A DNA stretch of 59,259 nucleotides from Thermoplasmata archaeon (GTDB lineage: Archaea > Thermoplasmatota > Thermoplasmata > UBA10834). The notes under the pieces were generated by a model. That model searched no databases and had not been told where the DNA came from. It was given only the letters and a program-made list of their open reading frames with translations. This document shows, piece by piece, positions 16,615-26,703 of this stretch; positions within the stretch are counted from its first letter, which is position 1; the number at the start of each line of letters is the position of its first letter. The stretch is from the NCBI GenBank assembly GCA_025457815.1, contig JALOTQ010000002.1:1-59259 (forward strand). The letters run 5' to 3'. A program made the translations under genes and the position numbers.

Positions 16615-16863
16615 TCAGAGCTTGTTTATCTTCTCTGTCACGAACGCCTTTATGGAAGGGTCGTCCGGAATTGTAATAGATTTCTTGTACTTCTCGCTTC
16701 CATCCGGAAGGAAGTAACCCCTGGACACTGAGATGAACTCGCTGTCCCCCTCGTCAGTTATTGCCTTCTTCCGTGCCACTTCCAGGAAGTTGTTCTTCCC
16801 AAAAGGTATCTTCTCGGCGCTCAGCGTTTCGAACCGCACTTTTGCATCCTTCTCATCGTCCAT
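16615..16863 (-). CDS. Small PC4/YdbC-like putative ssDNA-binding protein
   Basis: ATG 16863 gives 82 aa. 'IPFGKNNFLEVARKK...EFISVSRGYFLPDGSEKYKKSITIPDDPSIKAFVTEKI' parallels the PC4 C-terminal domain pattern (IGK..yvsVr.f.g...idiReY..d..G...p.kKGIsL....w..l). Confidence 0.45.
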   Translation of the reverse strand: MDDEKDAKVRFETLSAEKIPFGKNNFLEVARKKAITDEGDSEFISVSRGYFLPDGSEKYKKSITIPDDPSIKAFVTEKINKL

Positions 16864-17050
16864 CCGGTTGCCTCCGTTTGATAGGCGGCTCTCGAATATT
16901 GTCAATTCATATAAACGTTCGTCGCAAGTCCCGATATCTGGATTGATAATGGGCCGGACACGAAAGGTGCGAACGTTCCGAACCCGTGCTCCCGCAGAGA
17001 GACGACAGAATACGATAGAGTAATATACGAACTAGACTCTTTGACGCGAT

Positions 17051-18430
17051 GTGGCGAGTGTTTCTCAGCCAGCATCGCCGCCTGAAGCCGAAGAAAGATG
17101 TGCGATGTGCGGCACCATCATTCCGCAGCTTGGCAAATACTGTCCCACATGCGGCGCAATCAGACCGTCGATGAGGTACTCCGGCCTGCCTGAGGCGGGC
17201 AACAGGAGAGCGCCCGCGTACGGCTCACCGTACTACTACAAGAATAGGACAGACTGGCGCAGAATCATCAAGGCCATCGCCGCATTCGTGATGATCGTCT
17301 ATCTCTTCCAGCTGGCCTTTCAGATCGTCACACTGGTCTGGGGGGCAAAGCTTGTCGTACCGGACATTCTCGAGACTTGGTCGGGGGTCACTCTGTTCGT
17401 GATCATGCCGATCGTGGTCGATCTTCTCGAGATATCGGGCTACACTCTCGTCGTGTACTACTATTCCCTGATCGCGGCAATTGTGGCGAGCTGCCTCTGG
17501 ATATTCTTGACCAGTTTCTCCCAGTTCACCAAGGAGGCGAGGATGCGTGCCGAGTCGAGGCGCCACAGCGCTCTGTTCGACACGCTCGGCCTTTTCTTCG
17601 CGACACTCTTCTTCTCGGTGCTCATCGCCCTGCTCGTTCAGCCATCATCCGACGAGGTCCCGTCACCGACCGTCCTGTCGGATAGCCTCTTCCTGCTGGC
17701 AAACGCCTCTGTGTGGGAGGAGCTCGTCACCCGCGTTCTGTTGATCGGCGTACCTCTCCTGGCATGGGCCTTGCTCCGGAGTTCGCGCAAGAACAGGATA
17801 TACTCCTACTTCCTGGGAGGGGGATTCAAGATGAACCTCCCGGAGGTCACGCTGATACTCGTCTCGTCCGTCATCTTCGGTTTCGCGCACTTCGAAGGCG
17901 GATGGGGGGCGTGGAAGATAGTCCCCACGACCGCGGCTGGGCTGGCATTCGGATACTTGTTCCTGAAGCACGGCCTCGCCGCCGCCATCATGATGCACTT
18001 CGCGACGGACTACCTAGCCCTGCCGCTTGAGGCGTTCTACTCCTTCGCACTGGAGATGATCCTCGGGCTCGGAGTGCTTCTGTGGCTCGCGTTCGGAGCC
18101 GTGTTCTTCGTCTACTACACGACTAGGATGCTCGAGTTCGTCACAGGCAGGAAGTATTTCGAGTTCGAACAACCGCAGCCCTCGCCTGGCGTGCAGGCGG
18201 CCTATGGCTACCCCCCTTCGTACCGCTACGCGCCAGTGAACCAGCAGCCCTGGCCCCTCCAGCCAGAGGGCGCAATCCCTCCGCCAGCTCCCGAGAGCGA
18301 CCCGTACAGGCAGTCGGTTCCGCAGAGTATGAGTATTGTCGGCAGATACGTGTGCCCCGCCTGTGGGCATACCGAGGCCAGATGGGTCAACGGGAGATTT
18401 CAGTGCCTCAGGTGCGGGAATCTATCGTAG
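17051..18430 (+). CDS. CPBP-family intramembrane glutamic endopeptidase (CAAX protease-like) with Zn ribbons at both termini
   Basis: N-terminal 'CAMCGTIIPQLGKYCPTCG'. Polytopic core carries the CPBP motifs 'WEELVTRVLL', 'FGFAHF' and 'HFATDY'. Pro/Tyr-rich linker, then C-terminal 'CPACGHTEARWVNGRFQCLRCG'. Confidence 0.8.
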   Translation: MASVSQPASPPEAEERCAMCGTIIPQLGKYCPTCGAIRPSMRYSGLPEAGNRRAPAYGSPYYYKNRTDWRRIIKAIAAFVMIVYLFQLAFQIVTLVWGAKLVVPDILETWSGVTLFVIMPIVVDLLEISGYTLVVYYYSLIAAIVASCLWIFLTSFSQFTKEARMRAESRRHSALFDTLGLFFATLFFSVLIALLVQPSSDEVPSPTVLSDSLFLLANASVWEELVTRVLLIGVPLLAWALLRSSRKNRIYSYFLGGGFKMNLPEVTLILVSSVIFGFAHFEGGWGAWKIVPTTAAGLAFGYLFLKHGLAAAIMMHFATDYLALPLEAFYSFALEMILGLGVLLWLAFGAVFFVYYTTRMLEFVTGRKYFEFEQPQPSPGVQAAYGYPPSYRYAPVNQQPWPLQPEGAIPPPAPESDPYRQSVPQSMSIVGRYVCPACGHTEARWVNGRFQCLRCGNLS

Positions 18431-19180
18431 GAGCCTCTCGAGTGTCCTCTTGCTATCAGTCCCGCTTTCGAGGTCGGTCGCTTCCACAATGATGTTGCCC
18501 TTGTAAGACCGTTTAAGGACAGAGACGACTTTGGCGAGGTCTGCGGAGCCGTCATCAACCTTGTTATGTTGATCCCACTGACCTTCGTTATTGTGAAGAT
18601 GCACGTTGGCGAACCTGTCTACGAGCGCAAGCATCTGGTCGAGCTGCCCGGCCGTGTTCGCGTGGCCCATGTCGAAACATATGCCGATCCCCGAGTCTCC
18701 GATCGCCTCGAGCAGCTCAGAGGCAGAAGTGCAGGTCGCGTTTATGTTCGCAGGCATGTTCTCGAGCGCGATTCTCACTGAGTGTTCTCGGGCGACCGCG
18801 GCCAAGGACATCACGCTCGCCTTCGTCGTCTCTAGCGCCCTGGCTCTGTTGAGGAACGCGATGCCCTGAACAAATCCCGGATGAACGGTGACCATGTCGA
18901 TGTCGAGCTGCCTGCATATCTGGATCGTCTGCTTGATCTCATCTAGCGCGGCCCGACGCATAGGTTCGTGGACGCTTCCTATGTTCACGTCGCTGAGCGG
19001 CGCGTGGACCTGGAACTTCATGTTGAACGAGGTCTTGCCATACCTGATCTCGTCCTTCACGACCTCCAGCCTGTCCTCTCCTTCAGAGAGGATCTCCCAG
19101 AGCCTGAAATGCTTCGATATGCTCTCGAGCGTGCTCGCGAAGGGCGTGATGCAGAAGGTTGGCGAACCTATGCCGATCAT
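18422..19180 (-). CDS. Sugar phosphate isomerase/epimerase (xylose isomerase-like TIM barrel)
   Basis: ATG 19180 (ATGA overlap with the upstream gene's stop). 'QVHAPLSDVNIGS', 'DMVTVHPGF', 'IALENM', 'ICFDMGHAN', 'VHLHNNEG'. Confidence 0.7.
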   Translation of the reverse strand: MIGIGSPTFCITPFASTLESISKHFRLWEILSEGEDRLEVVKDEIRYGKTSFNMKFQVHAPLSDVNIGSVHEPMRRAALDEIKQTIQICRQLDIDMVTVHPGFVQGIAFLNRARALETTKASVMSLAAVAREHSVRIALENMPANINATCTSASELLEAIGDSGIGICFDMGHANTAGQLDQMLALVDRFANVHLHNNEGQWDQHNKVDDGSADLAKVVSVLKRSYKGNIIVEATDLESGTDSKRTLERLLR

Positions 19181-19557
19181 GCGCCTCTCTCCAATCTCGT
19201 GTTTGGCGCAATCGAATCTATGACGGCGGCGATGTCGTCGGAGACAATGGTAACTTCTATGTCGCCCAGAGGATGGTCCTCCTCTGAGAACGACATCTTC
19301 CCTATGGCTGCCACCTGTTTGTTCAGCCTGAACCTCGTCATATTGCCCCGGACGCCGCGCCTCAGGACTGCACGGGCGGCGTCGCGAATCCGCTGCCTCT
19401 TCAGGAGTTCGGCGAACATGTCCGTGGAGGATGCCGACGCTTCGATCGGGTCCTCGCCACTTATGACGGCATCCGGGAACGCCGATGTGATGGAGCCGAT
19501 AACCTTCGCCCGGTCCTCGGTCGGAAAACATCTCGCGCTCAGGTGGACTTCCGCCAT
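19177..19557 (-). CDS. UPF0201/COG1931-like predicted RNA-binding protein
   Basis: 126 aa. 'VHLSARCFPTEDRAKVIGSITSAFPDA', 'FRLNKQVAAIGKMSF', 'PLGDIEVTIVSDD' match the archaeal UPF0201 pattern. Confidence 0.7.
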   Translation of the reverse strand: MAEVHLSARCFPTEDRAKVIGSITSAFPDAVISGEDPIEASASSTDMFAELLKRQRIRDAARAVLRRGVRGNMTRFRLNKQVAAIGKMSFSEEDHPLGDIEVTIVSDDIAAVIDSIAPNTRLERGA

Positions 19558-19578
19558 GAGCCAGCCATATTAGAAAAG

Positions 19579-19587
19579 ATATTTAAA
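19579..19587. promoter_or_regulatory. Shared TATA element (ATATTTAAA) midway between two divergent start codons
   Basis: The box centre (about 19583) is within 1-2 nt of the midpoint (19584.5) between the minus-strand ATG ending at 19557 and the plus-strand ATG at 19612. Confidence 0.45.
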
Positions 19588-19611
19588 GACGTCCGCGCTA
19601 GGATTGGCGAA

Positions 19612-21054
19612 ATGAAGAATCGCATCCTGAAGGTCTTCGCGCAAAAAGGGATCCTTGTAGATCCAGATGCTCTCGACGCGCTGACCAAGGCCCCTGATGC
19701 GATGAAATGCGTGAATCACATCCTTGATGACCCAGACAGGCCTCTGATCCTGACGAAGGACGACGTTGAGAACTACCTCACATGCCAGCCGAAGGCGCGA
19801 CCCAAGGCGCGCGCAGAGGAGCCGAAAACCGAACCACCGGCTGCAGACCTGATGCCAGGTGAGGTCAAGGTGGTCAAGGACATAACCGGGGGGTCGACCT
19901 GTGTCGGCAATGTGATAGACTTCGCGAAGCTGTTCAACGACAGGTACCTCACTCTGAGGAAGTTGCTCCAGAAGAGGAGAGAGCTCTCTGGCCTGGTCAG
20001 CATATCAAAGGCGAAGAAGGTCCAGAGGGACGTGCGGTTCGTCGGCATAGTCAATGACGCAAGGGAAACCAAGAACGGTCATACGATGCTGGAACTCGAG
20101 GACGAAGACGACAAGGTGCAGGTTCTCCTGATGAAGGGTGTCAAGAGGTCCGCTGACTACTACATCAATGACGAGGTGCTCGGCGTGGTCGGGTCTTTCA
20201 GCAGGGACGGGGACATCGTCGTTGCCAAGGAGATCATCCATCCCGATGTGCCGGTCAACAGCGGCATGACTCCGAACGGTTCCAGATCCGTGCTAGCTTT
20301 CGTGTCTGACATACACGTTGGGAGCACTGAGTTCTTGTCCGAGGGATGGAACAGATTCGTGTCTTGGCTGAACAAGGATCCAGCTGCTGAGGAAATCAGG
20401 TACATCCTGATGCCCGGCGACCTCGTCGACGGGATAGGGATATATCCAGGTCAGGAAGACGAACTGCTCATCGAGGACATCTATGATCAGTATCAGGAGC
20501 TCGCGAAGCTCGTCTCCAACATCCCAAAGCGCATCAAGATAATCATGATGCCCGGGAACCACGACGCCGTTCGCCTTGCAGAGCCCCAGCCCGCGCTGCC
20601 CAAGGAGGTCGAGTCGATGTTCGACCCTGGGACAATCTTCGTCGGGAACCCGTGCTATCTCGAGATCGAGGGCAGAAGCGTTCTCGCATACCATGGAAGG
20701 AGCATGGACGACTTCGTCGGAAACGTGCGGAACCTCTCGCACAGCCGGCCCGAAGAAATCATGAAAGAGATGCTGAGGCGAAGGCACATGGCGCCGATCT
20801 ACGGCGAGAGGACGGCCCTGGCGCCTGAGCAGAAGGACTACCTTGTCATAGACAAGGTCCCCGACATATTCGTCACCGGGCACGTCCACGTGTGTTCGAT
20901 AGGGGAGTACAGAGGGATCAAGCTCATAAACGCCTCAGCGTGGCAGAGCCAAACCGGATATCAGCGGATGCACAACCAGATACCGGACCCGTGCAAGGTC
21001 CCCATGATAGACCTCGGGTCGGGCAAGATGTGGGTCGAGGATTTCTCGAGCTGA
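19612..21054 (+). CDS. polB: DNA polymerase II (PolD) small subunit DP1
   Basis: ATG 19612. N-terminal 'GILVDPDALDALTK', an OB-like region, and calcineurin-like phosphoesterase motifs 'VSDIHVGS', 'PGDLVDG', 'MPGNHD', 'VTGHVH'. Confidence 0.92.
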   Translation: MKNRILKVFAQKGILVDPDALDALTKAPDAMKCVNHILDDPDRPLILTKDDVENYLTCQPKARPKARAEEPKTEPPAADLMPGEVKVVKDITGGSTCVGNVIDFAKLFNDRYLTLRKLLQKRRELSGLVSISKAKKVQRDVRFVGIVNDARETKNGHTMLELEDEDDKVQVLLMKGVKRSADYYINDEVLGVVGSFSRDGDIVVAKEIIHPDVPVNSGMTPNGSRSVLAFVSDIHVGSTEFLSEGWNRFVSWLNKDPAAEEIRYILMPGDLVDGIGIYPGQEDELLIEDIYDQYQELAKLVSNIPKRIKIIMMPGNHDAVRLAEPQPALPKEVESMFDPGTIFVGNPCYLEIEGRSVLAYHGRSMDDFVGNVRNLSHSRPEEIMKEMLRRRHMAPIYGERTALAPEQKDYLVIDKVPDIFVTGHVHVCSIGEYRGIKLINASAWQSQTGYQRMHNQIPDPCKVPMIDLGSGKMWVEDFSS

Positions 21055-21089
21055 CATCCCGTGAAAGGATTGATATCCACTAAGCAGCA

Positions 21090-22472
21090 TTGCTGGGCGT
21101 GCGCGAGCTGGACCCGTTCTTCAATCCAAAATCGGTAGCCGTCATCGGGGCCACCCCGACATCTGGCAAGATCGGCAACATCCTCATCGAGAACCTGTTC
21201 AGCGACAAGTTCGCAGGAAGGATACATCTAGTCAACCCCAACTACAAGGAGATACTCGGGATACCGTGCTATCCGTCGATCCTGGAGTGCCCAGAGGTCG
21301 TCGACATGGCGGTCATAGTCGTCCCCGCCAAGCTCGTCCCAGAGGTGATGGAGCAGACTGGACGGAAGGGCGTGAAATGCGTGACGATAATCTCCGCGGG
21401 GTTCTCCGAAGGGGACGCGGAGGGAAAGGCCAGGGAGAAGCAGGTCGTCGACATTGCGACGAAGTACAAGATCCGATTCGTCGGACCGAATTCGCTGGGT
21501 GTCATCTCGCCCCACGTTCACATGAACGCGTCCTTCGCGAGAACGGCGCCCATGGCAGGCTCCATCGCGTTCTTCTCACAGAGCGGTGCGTTCTGCACCG
21601 CGGCCATCGAATACTCGATCGGCGAGATGCTTGGTTTCTCCGCATTTGTGAGCTCTGGGAACAAGGCCGATATCGACGACGCGGACTTGGTCAACCATTT
21701 CGCAAACGACCGCAAATCGAAGTGCATCGCCGCGTACATGGAGGCGACGAGGAAGGGGCAGGAGCTCTTCAAGGCCCTCGACAAGGCCTCCAAGAAGAAG
21801 CCAATCGTGATCCTCAAGGCCGGCAGGTCGAAACGGGGAGCCAAGGCCGCGAGCTCGCACACGGGCGCGCTCGCAGGCTCGGACGCTGCCTTCGACGCCG
21901 TCTTCAAGCAGACGGGAGTGTACAGGGCCAGGACCATGTTCGAACTGTTCGACGCCGCGCAGGCTCTCGCCAACCAGCCGCCTCTGGTAGATGACGGCAT
22001 AGCGATAGTAACGAACGCAGGCGGGATGGGAGTCATCGCCACGGACTATGCTGAGGAGATGGGGCTCGAGCTCGCGGACCTGTCCAATCAGACACTTGAG
22101 GAGATCGGCAAGGCCTGCCCCCCTACCTGGAGCTGGGGGAACCCGATTGACATCATCGGAGATGCGGACACCGCCAGATACGCCAACGTCCTCAAGGCCG
22201 TCGGTCAGGCTCCAGAGGTGAAGGGCATACTCGTCATAGCCGCGAGACAGGCCGCCACGAACCTCTTCGAGATAGCCAAATGGATCTCGATCACATCGAA
22301 GCTGAGCGGAAAACCGACCGTGGGTTGCTTCGCCGGGATCGAGGATGCCGAATCCGAGAGCTTCCTCGACGCGAGGGGGATTCCTGTCATGCCAGTTCCG
22401 GAGAGGGCGATAACCGCCTTGCACGCGCTTTCTGTCCGAGGCAAGTTCCTCAAGAAGAAGGGCCTTCTCTGA
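21090..22472 (+). CDS. ADP-forming acetyl-CoA synthetase alpha subunit / CoA-binding NDP-forming acyl-CoA synthetase domain protein
   Basis: 'FFNPKSVAVIGATPTSGKIG' CoA-binding motif, 'VKCVTIISAGFSE', 'RFVGPNSLGV', 'SSHTGALAGSD' (phospho-His loop). Confidence 0.85.
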   Translation: MLGVRELDPFFNPKSVAVIGATPTSGKIGNILIENLFSDKFAGRIHLVNPNYKEILGIPCYPSILECPEVVDMAVIVVPAKLVPEVMEQTGRKGVKCVTIISAGFSEGDAEGKAREKQVVDIATKYKIRFVGPNSLGVISPHVHMNASFARTAPMAGSIAFFSQSGAFCTAAIEYSIGEMLGFSAFVSSGNKADIDDADLVNHFANDRKSKCIAAYMEATRKGQELFKALDKASKKKPIVILKAGRSKRGAKAASSHTGALAGSDAAFDAVFKQTGVYRARTMFELFDAAQALANQPPLVDDGIAIVTNAGGMGVIATDYAEEMGLELADLSNQTLEEIGKACPPTWSWGNPIDIIGDADTARYANVLKAVGQAPEVKGILVIAARQAATNLFEIAKWISITSKLSGKPTVGCFAGIEDAESESFLDARGIPVMPVPERAITALHALSVRGKFLKKKGLL

Positions 22473-22490
22473 CGGCCGACGCATTCCTGC

Positions 22491-22601
22491 TCAGCCGAAG
22501 ATGTCCATGAACAGCACCACCACGCCGATGCCGATGAACACGATCCCCGCGATGAACCCCACCCAGAAGAGCTTCATCATGAGCACTCTGTCGTGAAGCA
22601 T
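22491..22601 (-). CDS. Possible 36-aa single-pass membrane peptide downstream of atpD (not in the ORF track)
   Basis: My translation is MLHDRVLMMKLFWVGFIAGIVFIGIGVVVLFMDIFG. It starts 19 nt after the atpD stop, on the same strand. Support is the hydrophobic helix and position only. Confidence 0.25.
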   Translation of the reverse strand: MLHDRVLMMKLFWVGFIAGIVFIGIGVVVLFMDIFG

Positions 22602-22620
22602 CTCTTCCAGGGTCGTACGC

Positions 22621-23262
22621 TCAGGCCTCCGCCGCCTTTGCCGTCTTGGCCTTTATGCGCTTCAGCCTGAAGGTGTTGTCCCGCTCCATCTCCTCGAGCC
22701 TGAACCGTATGAAGCGCTCGATTTCCTCCAACTCTGGAAGGACCTTGAACTCGAGGGCGTTGACTCGCCGTTTCGTGCGTTCGATCTCCTCGATGAGCTT
22801 CTTCATGGTGGTCTCGAGCTCCGCGGCTTTGACGACCGTCTCTACGAGCTTCTCGAAGGCGTCGGTCGCCTCGTCTATCCTGGGCGAGGTCCCGATGATG
22901 CCGTAGCCTCGCTCAGGCAATGGCGCCACGATCTTGTTGGACTTGATGTCGGGGACCACGACGCCCATGAGGTTCCTGCTCCTGAGCTGTATCTCGGGGT
23001 GGCCAGTGAGAGCGTATGAGGCGGACCTCACTGCGATGATGCCGTCGACGGCGCTCGCTATGGCGATCTTCTCGCGCGCGTCCTTGTAGCGATTCGCGAT
23101 CTCCTGCCTGAGGTCCTTCGCCTGGTCGAGTATCTTGAAGAACTCCAGTATGAGCCCGTCACGCTTCAGCTTCAGTATCTTGTAGCCGTTCTGGGTCAGC
23201 TTGATCTTCTTCGTGACCTCGAGGAGCTCGGATCTTGTCGGCTGTATCTCTCGCACCGGCAT
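22621..23262 (-). CDS. atpD: A-type ATP synthase subunit D
   Basis: ATG 23262. 'PTRSELLEVTKKIKLTQNGYKILKLKRDGLILEFF' and a coiled-coil C-terminus. It is the last gene of the operon. Confidence 0.9.
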   Translation of the reverse strand: MPVREIQPTRSELLEVTKKIKLTQNGYKILKLKRDGLILEFFKILDQAKDLRQEIANRYKDAREKIAIASAVDGIIAVRSASYALTGHPEIQLRSRNLMGVVVPDIKSNKIVAPLPERGYGIIGTSPRIDEATDAFEKLVETVVKAAELETTMKKLIEEIERTKRRVNALEFKVLPELEEIERFIRFRLEEMERDNTFRLKRIKAKTAKAAEA

Positions 23263-23269
23263 CTTGGCA

Positions 23270-24651
<1,382 letters not shown>

Positions 24652-24652
<1 letters not shown>

Positions 24653-26388
24653 CACACCCCCAATCCTGCGAACTGTTTCTCGATCTCCGCTGACACCTTC
24701 TTGAGGTCTTGGTCGATAGCCTCTTCGAACTTCAGCTTGCCCAGGTCTGACCTGCAGGGCAGGGAGACTATCTTCTCGAGCGGCACCTCGAGCGATACCG
24801 CCTTCTTCGCGTGCTCGGAGAACTTCCTGATGGCGCTCATGTACTCGTACTGCCTCTTCAGCGGGCTGTACGTGTCCACTGGGTGGTAGGCGCTCTGCTG
24901 CAGGAAGAACTCCCTTATCATCCTAGCGACTTCGAGCGTCAGCCTCTGCTCCTCCGGAAGGGCATCGGAGCCGACGAGCTGGACGATCTCCTGGAGCTCC
25001 GATTCCTTCTGGAGAGTCTCCATCGCCCACAGTCTCACCGCGTTCCAGTCCTCGGAGATGTTCTTCCTATACCAGTCCTCGAGGATCGGGCTGTAGAGGC
25101 TGTACGATGTGAGCCAGTTGATCGCAGGGAAGTGCCTCCGCTCTCTCAGCTTGGAGTCGAGGGCCCAGAAGACCTTGACGATCCTCAGCGTGTTCTGCGT
25201 CACCGGCTCGCTGAAATCTCCGCCTGAGGGAGAGACCGCGCCGATGACTGATATCGAGCCGATGTTCCCAGACAGTGTCTTGACCCTGCCGCATCGCTCG
25301 TAGAATTCCGACAGCCTCGCGGCGAGATACGCAGGATATCCTTCCTCGCCAGGCATCTCCTCAAGCCTCGAGGATATCTCTCTCATCGCCTCGGCCCATC
25401 TCGATGTTGAGTCGGCCATGAGTGAGACATCGTAGCCCATGTCCCTGTAGTACTCCGCGATCGTTATGCCGGTGTACACCGAGGCTTCTCTTGCCGCGAC
25501 GGGCATGTTCGAGGTGTTCGCGACGAGCACCGTCCTGCCCATGAGCGGCTTGCCCGTCTTCGGGTCTTCGAGCTCCGGGAAGCTAGTGAGAACCTCGGTC
25601 ATTTCGTTCCCTCTTTCGCCGCAACCGACGTAGATGACTATCTGCGCGTCGCTCCACTTCGACAGCTGCTGCGAGGTAACCGTCTTGCCCGTGCCGAATC
25701 CGCCGGGGATGGCCGCAGTGCCTCCCTTCGCGAGCGGGAAAAGCATGTCCAGAACCCTCTGGCCAGTGACCAGAGGGATGTCGGGCAACAGCTTGTCAAC
25801 GTAAGGTCTTGACTGTCTGACCGGCCAGCGCTGCATGAGCTGTATCTTGGTGCCGTTGTCGAGTTCGCCGATCGTGTCCTCTATCGTGAACTCGCCCTCC
25901 GAAATGTTCTTCAGCTTCCCCTTGGCCTTCGGCGGCAGGAGAACCTTGTGGACGATGTTGCCCTCTGGAATCTCGCCCAAGACGGCTCCGCCCTCAAGGG
26001 CAGCGCCCTTCTTGACGGTCGGGGTGAACTTCCATTTCGTCTTCCGGTCGAGGCCGGGGGCGGTCACTCCTCTCGACACGAAGTCCCCCTGTTTGTCCCT
26101 GAGGACCGGGAGCGGCCTCTGGACGCCGTCGTAGACGCTGGACAGCAGTCCCGGGCCGAGCTCCACCTGGAGCGGCGCGCCAGTGTCCACGACTTCCTCC
26201 CCGGGCCTGATCCCTGAGGTGTCCTCGTAGACCTGAATGACCGTCTTGTTGCCGACCAGCTTGATGACCTCGCCCATGAGCTTGAGCTCACCGACGAGGA
26301 CGACATCGTACATCCTCGGGGAGATACCCTCAGCGGTGACGACTGGTCCTGCAACCCTGCTTATCTTGCCCTTCTTCTGATCTGCCAT
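24652..26388 (-). CDS. atpA: A-type ATP synthase catalytic subunit A
   Basis: ATG 26388 preceded by AGGAG. '[14 protein letters not shown]', Walker A '[10 protein letters not shown]', '[12 protein letters not shown]'. The length shows no intein. Confidence 0.95.
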
Positions 26389-26402
26389 ACGATCCGCTCC
26401 TA

Positions 26403-26702
26403 TCACTTCGATTTGTACAGGTCGATTCCCATCGCCCTTCGAACCTTATCTCTCATGTCCCCTTCCTCGAGGCCGACCGGTATGACGACCGGGTCGACGC
26501 TCTCCATCATCTTCGTGCGAAGCTGAGGGGGCAGCTTCTGCAGGTCGTCCTGATGGACTGCCAGTATGCCGACCTCGGGCTCGTCCATCACCTTGACGAT
26601 GGTCTCGAGAAGCCTGTCCGGCGTCACGCCGTAGACCTTCTTGATCCCGGCAAGCCTGAACCCCACGACGAACTCCTCCGAGCCGACGACTGCGATCTCC
26701 AT
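26403..26702 (-). CDS. atpF: A-type ATP synthase subunit F
   Basis: 99 aa. '[21 protein letters not shown]' and its position between atpC and atpA. Confidence 0.85.
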   Translation of the reverse strand: MEIAVVGSEEFVVGFRLAGIKKVYGVTPDRLLETIVKVMDEPEVGILAVHQDDLQKLPPQLRTKMMESVDPVVIPVGLEEGDMRDKVRRAMGIDLYKSK

Positions 26703-26703
26703 G

